Assembly (NCBI GenBank): GCA_051294375.1
Contig: JBJCIZ010001662.1
Location: forward strand, 1-64,000
Length of the DNA: 64,000 bases
Origin: Paraspadella gotoi
Lineage: Eukaryota; Animalia; Chaetognatha
Direction of reading: 5' to 3'
Every line of letters starts with the position of its first letter. Within the stretch, counting starts at the first letter, position 1. A program made the position numbers and the translations under genes. The notes below the pieces were generated by a model, which saw nothing but the letters and a program-made list of their open reading frames with translations, did not search any database and was not told where the DNA came from. Below, in pieces: positions 63,584-64,000 of the stretch.

Positions 63584-64000
63584 CCCAACCCTAACCCTAA
63601 ACCAAACCTCCCGTTCAACTCTGTGCCTCTCCCTAACCCTAACCCGGGCCTGGGCCTCCCATACATCTCCATGCCTCAACCCTAAACCTAACCGCCTTTG
63701 ATGCATCAACCACGGGCCCTCCCCCAACCCTAACCCTAAACCAAGCCTTCCGTTCAACTCTGTGCCTCTCCCCTAACCCTAACCCAGGCTCAGCCTCCCG
63801 TACATCTCCGTGCCTCAACCCTAACCCTAACCGCCTTCGATGCATCAACCACGGGCCCCTCCCCAACCCTAAACTAAGCCTCCCGTTCAACTCCATGCCT
63901 CTCCCCTAACCCTAACCCAGGCCCAGCCTCCCGTACATCTCCGTGCCTCAACCCTAACCCTAACCGCCTTCGATGCATCAACCATGGGTCCCTCCCGCAA
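63584..64000. repeat. ~139-bp satellite containing telomeric CCCTAA doublets
   Basis: Units start at 63584, 63723 and 63862, each with three short (CCCTAA)2-like tracts separated by GC-rich spacers. The array runs off the window end. Confidence 0.88.

Overview
This is AT-rich animal (invertebrate-like) nuclear DNA from a draft assembly with four N gaps, and most of it is nested transposable elements. I can support only two host genes, both on the + strand. The last three recognisable exons of cytosolic phenylalanyl-tRNA synthetase alpha (FARSA) are separated by 15.3-kb and 8.0-kb TE-filled introns. The first coding exon of EMC4 starts only 172 bp after the FARSA stop, behind an unpaired TTTTCAG acceptor, which suggests an operon resolved by SL trans-splicing. 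The most striking element is a ~650-bp non-coding TRIM-type LTR retrotransposon (3 full copies, 2 solo LTRs, one 53-bp derivative). Its ~234-bp LTRs carry a 72-nt tRNA-Gly-like Pol III module, and it has a tRNA-Trp-like PBS, a PPT, 4-bp TSDs and non-canonical TA...CA ends. Decayed Gypsy pol fragments of a compatible type lie nearby. Other mobile DNA: a Penelope GIY-YIG fragment and Penelope-type minimal hammerheads, a DIRS tyrosine-recombinase relic, a 4.8-kb non-autonomous LTR element, two DINE-1/Helentron-like families, TTAA-targeting Kolobok-like elements, Tc1/mariner-like MITEs, several satellites and two multi-kb duplications that may be assembly artefacts. Coordinates were read by eye and may be off by a few bases. 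Family assignments come from remembered motifs, not database searches.
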